Virus record (IMG/VR): IMGVR_UViG_3300012665_000817
Span: 1-64,000 of that record
DNA from: a virus
Taxonomy: Duplodnaviria > Caudoviricetes
Direction: 5' to 3' (one strand)
Length of the DNA: 64,000 nt
Part shown: positions 60,001 to 64,000 of the stretch, in pieces
Layout of the letters: every line of letters begins with the position of its first letter
How positions within the stretch are numbered: position 1 is the first letter of the stretch
Program-made: the position numbers and the translations under genes
Notes under the pieces: model-generated
Told to the model about the DNA's origin: nothing
The model's input: only the letters and a program-made list of their open reading frames with translations
Databases searched by the model: none

Positions 60001-62933
60001 TTAACAAGAACTGAGCCAGAAACAGTGGTGACTGTACCTCCACCAGTAATATTTCCGTTGAGCTGCGCTGTTGTAAATTTGTGACCGACACCAGTTCCAA
60101 AATCTGTAACTGTTAGTGTAGTACCTGTAGCAGAGTTGCTAGCAGATGTTGCTAATCTAAAGTAATCTCTATTAATCGCAACTACATAGTAATCTGTTAG
60201 GTCAGTAAGACCTACGATAACTGTTGCTGAATCACCTTTGTCATATCTTAGTTTTGTTCCAGTTAAGAAACCGTGAGAAGGAAGCTTAAAAGCACTAAGG
60301 TTTAAGTCAAGTGTTGTTCTTGGGTTAAAAGTTTTAGTAATAAGAGGTACTTTTCCAGCAGCAGTAACTGTAAAGCTCTTATCTGTAGGAACAGAAGCAA
60401 TTGAATAGATTCCATCTGGAGTCTTGCTCAGTGACTGTAGTGAGTGATATCCGACACCAGCGGGTGTGTCAGTAATATTTACCGCTGTTGAAGCATCTGC
60501 ATTTTCTGGACTAGTCGCAAGCTTGATTTTATCTCCGTCAATAAATATCACATAGTAAGGAGTTGCAGTTGTTAGACCGTTGATAACAGTCTGACCTTTA
60601 GCATCATACAAAACAAGTTCTTTTTGAAGGAAACCGTGATTTGGAATAGTAAAAGTATCAGTAGCATAATCCAAGGCAATAATTACTAGGGATTGAGTTC
60701 CAGTTCCAACAGCAAGAATATTTGCAGGGTTTGATAGGTTAGGATTTGGTGAAAGTTTTACAAGGCTGTTATCTACTTTAATAATGTAGTAGATAGTGTT
60801 ATTTGATAATCCTTGGATAGTTGTTCCACCACCGTTTGAGTATCTAACTGCTTGTCCAGATACAAGGCCATGGTTAGGAATATACAAAGTGTCTTCTAGA
60901 ATATTAACTGTAATGAATGTAAAGCTGTGCTCTGTACCTGTACCTGGTCCAGTTAAGTTAATAAATGTAGGAGCATTAAGAGATGTTTTTAATCTAATTT
61001 GGTTCGAGTTAAGAACTTCTTGAACATAATAGGTTGTTAGGTGAGTTAAGCCGCCAATAGATCCAGTATTATTTCCAGCTGGATTTCCACTACCGTTGTT
61101 GTACTGAATAGGCTGATCTACCAAGAAACCGTGAGCAGTGATAGTTAGTGTATCCGTTGCTGGGTTTACAACCACCTTAGAAATAAAATCTGGTGTAGCT
61201 GTAGAACGAGTCGATGGAAGCGTTAGATTAATTGTTGTAAATGAAGGACTTGGTGTTGAACTTAGTCTATATGTAAAGTTATCTACTTTATCGATGTAAT
61301 AAATAGAACCGTTTGACAATCCTGCAGGAGCTGTTGTCTGGAATGTAGGTACAACTGCTTCACCGCTAGATAGATTGTGTGCTGCTGCGCTATAGATTAA
61401 ATCTGCCGCAGAGTCAAAGTTAATTGGGACAAAAGCGTGATATGAAGTACCAGCTGGTTCAATAGCAATCTTATTTGTTCCTGCTTCTGCATCTGCAGCT
61501 GTTGGGTAGACTTCATTTCCGTTTGTGAAAGATGAAACGAGAGATACTCCTACAGAGCCATCTCCAATATTGTATGAAGCAAGATTTGTAATTGCAACGC
61601 CGTTAAATAGCCCTGCACCATCAAATGTTCCACTTGATGTGCCAACATTTGTTGCAGTATTAATAATAAATGATCCACCGCCACCGCCAGATTGGAAAGC
61701 TGAAACGTTTCTTGCACCAGCGCCACCAGAGTAGCCACCGCCACCACCTGACTGACCACCGTTGTTTCCGTCAGAAGATCCTCCACCACCAAAACCACCG
61801 TTACCGCCATCACGAGCAGATTGTGCTATCGCTGTTAGACCGTCGAGGAATGAACCACCACCTGTATTAAAAGGCGAAACTGAGCGACCGTTACCGCCTC
61901 GAGAGTTGAATCCTCCACCAGCTGCAGAGTTACCACCAATTGCACTACCACCGAAGCCTCTAGCTCCACCAGCTACGACACCAGATGAGGAAAGACCGCC
62001 CAACTGCGTCAATACACCATCTTGACCGCCTCTTGAGTTTGCGTCGGCAGCACCGCCTCCTGCAACAAAGAGAGGAGCGTTAGTTGCTTTACGAACAACA
62101 AATGTTCCACCACCAGAGCCACCATATAAGTTTGCAGCGGTAGTTGTACCGTTTGCACCACGCTGTCCTACGGCAATAGTGACAACTTCACCCTTAGTAA
62201 GAGTTACTCTTCCCTTTACAATTGCTCCACGTCCTGCTGCTGCTGGACCAGAGCTTCCTTCAAAACCAGAGGCACCAGCGACAGTAAACTCATAAATACC
62301 TGATACTGGAACAGTCCAGTCCTGATAACCTTCGTAAGCACCTTGAGTCACATAGGTTTGTGTCCATGCGGCAGCTCCTGTATAAGCATTTGTTCTTTGG
62401 GAGTTTGTTGGGCCAGTACGTCCTGTTTGATTACAAGAGGTAAAAGTAAAAGATGAAAAGGAATAAATTGACTGTTGTCCAGCAAAATCAGATACAGAAA
62501 CGTTCTTTAAGAAATAGGTATTTCCGCTTACAAGTCCAGTAAGAGGAGTTCCATTTGTAAAATACTTAACTGCTTGGTTTGATGCTGTAGATGCGTCAAT
62601 ATTAACTTTATTGTTGTAAACAATAGGAGAGTTAAAAGTAATCGATCCGTTTGCATAACCAGTAATGTTAATGTCTGCTCCACCAGAAGTTGCGCTAAAT
62701 CTCAACTTCTTAGGTTCTGTTGTTGTTACATAAACAAGTTGACCGTTAGTGTATCCAGTAATAGATCCAAGACCTGCTGCATAGATAAAACTTGATCCGT
62801 TGACTAAAGCCGATGGGATAGCTGTAGCTGCGCTAGTGTTTTTAAAGTAGATGAAGTCATCTACTATATTAACATTTGAACGACGAAAAGAGTGCGTGCC
62901 AGCTGCACCGACTGTTGTCACATTAATTGGCAT
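57099..62933 (-). CDS. giant virion structural protein with ALK/LTK-like glycine-rich domain and about ten HGF-type beta repeats
   Basis: WTVP.SG.YEFTVAGASG...GRGA.V.G..TLTKGE...VGQ.G...GGSGGGTFV, repeated HG[FL]..G..V.Y motifs, and RQTRKYFRYQSGKG and IDYSWYGAG.IRFG motifs typical of large-phage virion proteins. Confidence 0.75.
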   Translation of the reverse strand: MPINVTTVGAAGTHSFRRSNVNIVDDFIYFKNTSAATAIPSALVNGSSFIYAAGLGSITGYTNGQLVYVTTTEPKKLRFSATSGGADINITGYANGSITFNSPIVYNNKVNIDASTASNQAVKYFTNGTPLTGLVSGNTYFLKNVSVSDFAGQQSIYSFSSFTFTSCNQTGRTGPTNSQRTNAYTGAAAWTQTYVTQGAYEGYQDWTVPVSGIYEFTVAGASGFEGSSGPAAAGRGAIVKGRVTLTKGEVVTIAVGQRGANGTTTAANLYGGSGGGTFVVRKATNAPLFVAGGGAADANSRGGQDGVLTQLGGLSSSGVVAGGARGFGGSAIGGNSAAGGGFNSRGGNGRSVSPFNTGGGSFLDGLTAIAQSARDGGNGGFGGGGSSDGNNGGQSGGGGGYSGGAGARNVSAFQSGGGGGSFIINTATNVGTSSGTFDGAGLFNGVAITNLASYNIGDGSVGVSLVSSFTNGNEVYPTAADAEAGTNKIAIEPAGTSYHAFVPINFDSAADLIYSAAAHNLSSGEAVVPTFQTTAPAGLSNGSIYYIDKVDNFTYRLSSTPSPSFTTINLTLPSTRSTATPDFISKVVVNPATDTLTITAHGFLVDQPIQYNNGSGNPAGNNTGSIGGLTHLTTYYVQEVLNSNQIRLKTSLNAPTFINLTGPGTGTEHSFTFITVNILEDTLYIPNHGLVSGQAVRYSNGGGTTIQGLSNNTIYYIIKVDNSLVKLSPNPNLSNPANILAVGTGTQSLVIIALDYATDTFTIPNHGFLQKELVLYDAKGQTVINGLTTATPYYVIFIDGDKIKLATSPENADASTAVNITDTPAGVGYHSLQSLSKTPDGIYSIASVPTDKSFTVTAAGKVPLITKTFNPRTTLDLNLSAFKLPSHGFLTGTKLRYDKGDSATVIVGLTDLTDYYVVAINRDYFRLATSASNSATGTTLTVTDFGTGVGHKFTTAQLNGNITGGGTVTTVSGSVLVNGLGTSFSKILKVGDRFRLFPPNTVVNINFVSADINTANNRITKTSHGFSTGDTVVYSANGGVSPAPLVDQYYYFVRAIDANTITLHSSAADAISNANAVAISTQGTVGSIPYFSLTETIPVGPIIRRITAIGSDTQISVDRPYASAYSSVSYSYPTFVYVRPEGYSLHRPFDGGVEMSAGAGTSNAQIIRQTRKYFRYQSGKGIQTSCGINFKPSIDLESMIKFSNTTIECKTRRPHGLLSGLIIKVSEATDSFGDVSTVYNGEFSVTVVDLTTFRISANGAIAQDRAYGFPQFYVKNWTNGAVRTGMFDDQNGMFFEYDGQKIYAVRRSSTQQIAGTLAALQGNEVIFGTNTSFQAQLAVGDYLVMRGQSYRVVEITSQTRLSVRPEYKGSSGAEKEFNPSTAVNTTTDVFNIIGHGFSDLLPVSYNSIDGEPIGGLINGRTYYVSLIDNNNFKLKASPDSADIVNLSSVGTTTIHSFVPAKSGIIGTKTVNTRIPQEDWSIDPCDGTGATGYNLDLSRIQMAYIDYSWYGAGKIRFGFKTTDGQVQYVHEFVHNNNLFESYLRSGNMPARYEVVTYDNPTYIPSLFHWGTSVMMDGRFDDDNAYLFTGSSQTLNIAGTTAKSFSSAGISLTTDLMTVQSHGFTTGEVLQFQSLGANGLLGVNSLNPATQVVGSNTLSNLTNNAKYRAFVNSANLIHLTPLNATITVGATVERSGSTITVTTATNHNLTTGMYVGIYGLTATNLVNGPFTVTRVSDTVFTYTVTGSQTVASIAQPGAAISQVINFTSQGNTQYTYFLYPDGSANNTSGPNYQPLLSIRLSPSVSSGLTGKLGDRDVINRMQLRLKEISVSTNQLIEVKILLNTRLNNLSFIGVDSPSLTQIIEHTAQDTVSGGVQVYNFLAAPGGGASDGTTTVDVSSLFELSNSILGGDSIFPDGPDILTIAVSRLTGNPTLSSAKLSWSEAQA

Positions 62934-62967
62934 TTAACTCTCCTTTGTTTTTCTGTTTATCCAGCTA

Positions 62968-63999
62968 TTAAAGTCTTTGAATTGTTAGGAAACCTGCGCC
63001 ACTGTTAGCACTGTTAGCGTTTGATTGGTTAGCTCCATTATTAATAGATCCACCACCAGAACCACAACTAGACCAAGGTCCAGCTCCACCACCAGAGTAG
63101 CCTCCACCGCCACCAGCACCGTTTGAACCGCCGCCAGCTCCGCCGCCGCCAGCACCAAATCCACCAGCATAACCTGGACCGCCTACACCACCATTAATAA
63201 ATGATTGTCCTGGCCAGCTACCACCGCCGTTGTTGAAGAGACCTCCGCCTCCTCCTGGTGTTGAGCTAGAAGGTCCACCATTACCACCACCTGCTTGTCC
63301 CCAAGCGCCTGGACGTCCTGCAGTTTGGTTGCCATAAGAATCACGGCGTTCGTCACCGTTAGGTGCTCCACCGCCACCACCACCAGAAATAATTAGTGGG
63401 TTGTTGCTGATGTCGGTGATACCTGTTCCTCCACCACCAGATCCATCATAAAAATCGTTTTGACCTGGCTGTCCAACAGCAATCTTTAGAACTTGACCCT
63501 TGGTTAGTGTAAAGTCTCCACGGTTTCCAGCACCATAACCACCACGCTGTCCCCAGTTTTGACCCCAGCCGCCAACGGCTCCGTATGTTTGAATTCTATA
63601 AGTTCCATCTTCTGGAACTGTCCAAAGCATAATTCCATTTACTGACATATTTAAATATGTATTTGCCCAAGCTGGGTTACCTATACCAGCTCTTGCCTGT
63701 GCAATATTTGGACCATTTCTTCCACCAGCTCCACCGCTGTTAAACTGTGCACTAGTGAAATCATAAAGTCTTGGTGCAGGGTTGATCTGGAAGGTAATTA
63801 CTTGGAAACCTTGCAAACCACCAACGTCTGTTGCTCTTACAGTTACTTGACGACCTGGAGCATTAATAACTTCTGTAGGAGTTCCTGAAATGACACCGTT
63901 AGATGTATTAAAGTTAAGACCTGTAGGAAGTGTTCCACTTGAAATTGCCCATGTGATTGGAGCAACAAGGTTTACAGTTGTTGCAGTAGTCGGGGTAAT
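62968..63999 (-). CDS. structural protein (partial, 5' end outside the window): putative Ig (He_PIG-like) domain plus glycine-rich ALK/LTK-like domain
   Basis: The frame stays open to the window edge (WAISSGTLPTGLNFNTSNGVISGTPT...VTVRATD), so the track start at 63816 is an artefact. Then WTVPEDGTYRIQTYGAVGG and a Gly-rich C-terminus. Confidence 0.8.
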   Translation of the reverse strand: MTPTTATTVNLVAPITWAISSGTLPTGLNFNTSNGVISGTPTEVINAPGRQVTVRATDVGGLQGFQVITFQINPAPRLYDFTSAQFNSGGAGGRNGPNIAQARAGIGNPAWANTYLNMSVNGIMLWTVPEDGTYRIQTYGAVGGWGQNWGQRGGYGAGNRGDFTLTKGQVLKIAVGQPGQNDFYDGSGGGGTGITDISNNPLIISGGGGGGAPNGDERRDSYGNQTAGRPGAWGQAGGGNGGPSSSTPGGGGGLFNNGGGSWPGQSFINGGVGGPGYAGGFGAGGGGAGGGSNGAGGGGGYSGGGAGPWSSCGSGGGSINNGANQSNANSANSGAGFLTIQRL

Positions 64000-64000
64000 T

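Overview
A 64 kb segment of a large tailed dsDNA phage (siphovirus-like). A WhiB gene, mycobacteriophage cluster-B/Rosebush-type head genes and visibly AT-leaning DNA suggest a low-GC actinobacterial host such as freshwater Actinobacteria; this is an inference. The + strand from 1 to about 37.1 kb is a virion operon: portal, a head-associated protein, a 3808-aa polyvalent protein (DEDDh exonuclease, UvrD-like SF1 helicase, ArdC-N/MPTase, second zincin), two tiny acidic ORFs, a Cys-rich protein, a 1583-aa multidomain prohead protease, two capsid proteins (hexamer/pentamer type), tail tube, connectors, tail assembly chaperone pair, tape measure, distal tail and hub proteins, and an S74-chaperoned fibre. 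The + strand from about 37.5 to 48.6 kb is a replication/recombination module: family A polymerase, RuvC-like resolvase, SNF2 helicase, Cas4-like nuclease, Sak4-like ATPase, SSB, a putative DNA glycosyltransferase and WhiB. The - strand from 48.5 to 64 kb is a second, convergent virion/accessory operon: glycine-rich giant structural proteins, two collagen-like fibres (one ending in a cupredoxin-like domain), subtilisin, methyltransferase, GT2-TPR glycosyltransferase and a flavin halogenase-like gene. The two best candidates for an undescribed system are (1) a protease-processed capsid-cargo system, with a shared DLLPxxHPRS leader domain, a recurrent [SA]-[LIMV]-[TV]-A-[SA]-[AG] motif and QxRDxxG[RK][FW] motifs, that may load an enzymatic polyvalent protein into the head, and (2) a BclA/SgtA-like collagen-fibre glycosylation cassette. 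No tRNA, rRNA, CRISPR array or integrase was seen. All family assignments come from motif recognition by eye, without database searches.
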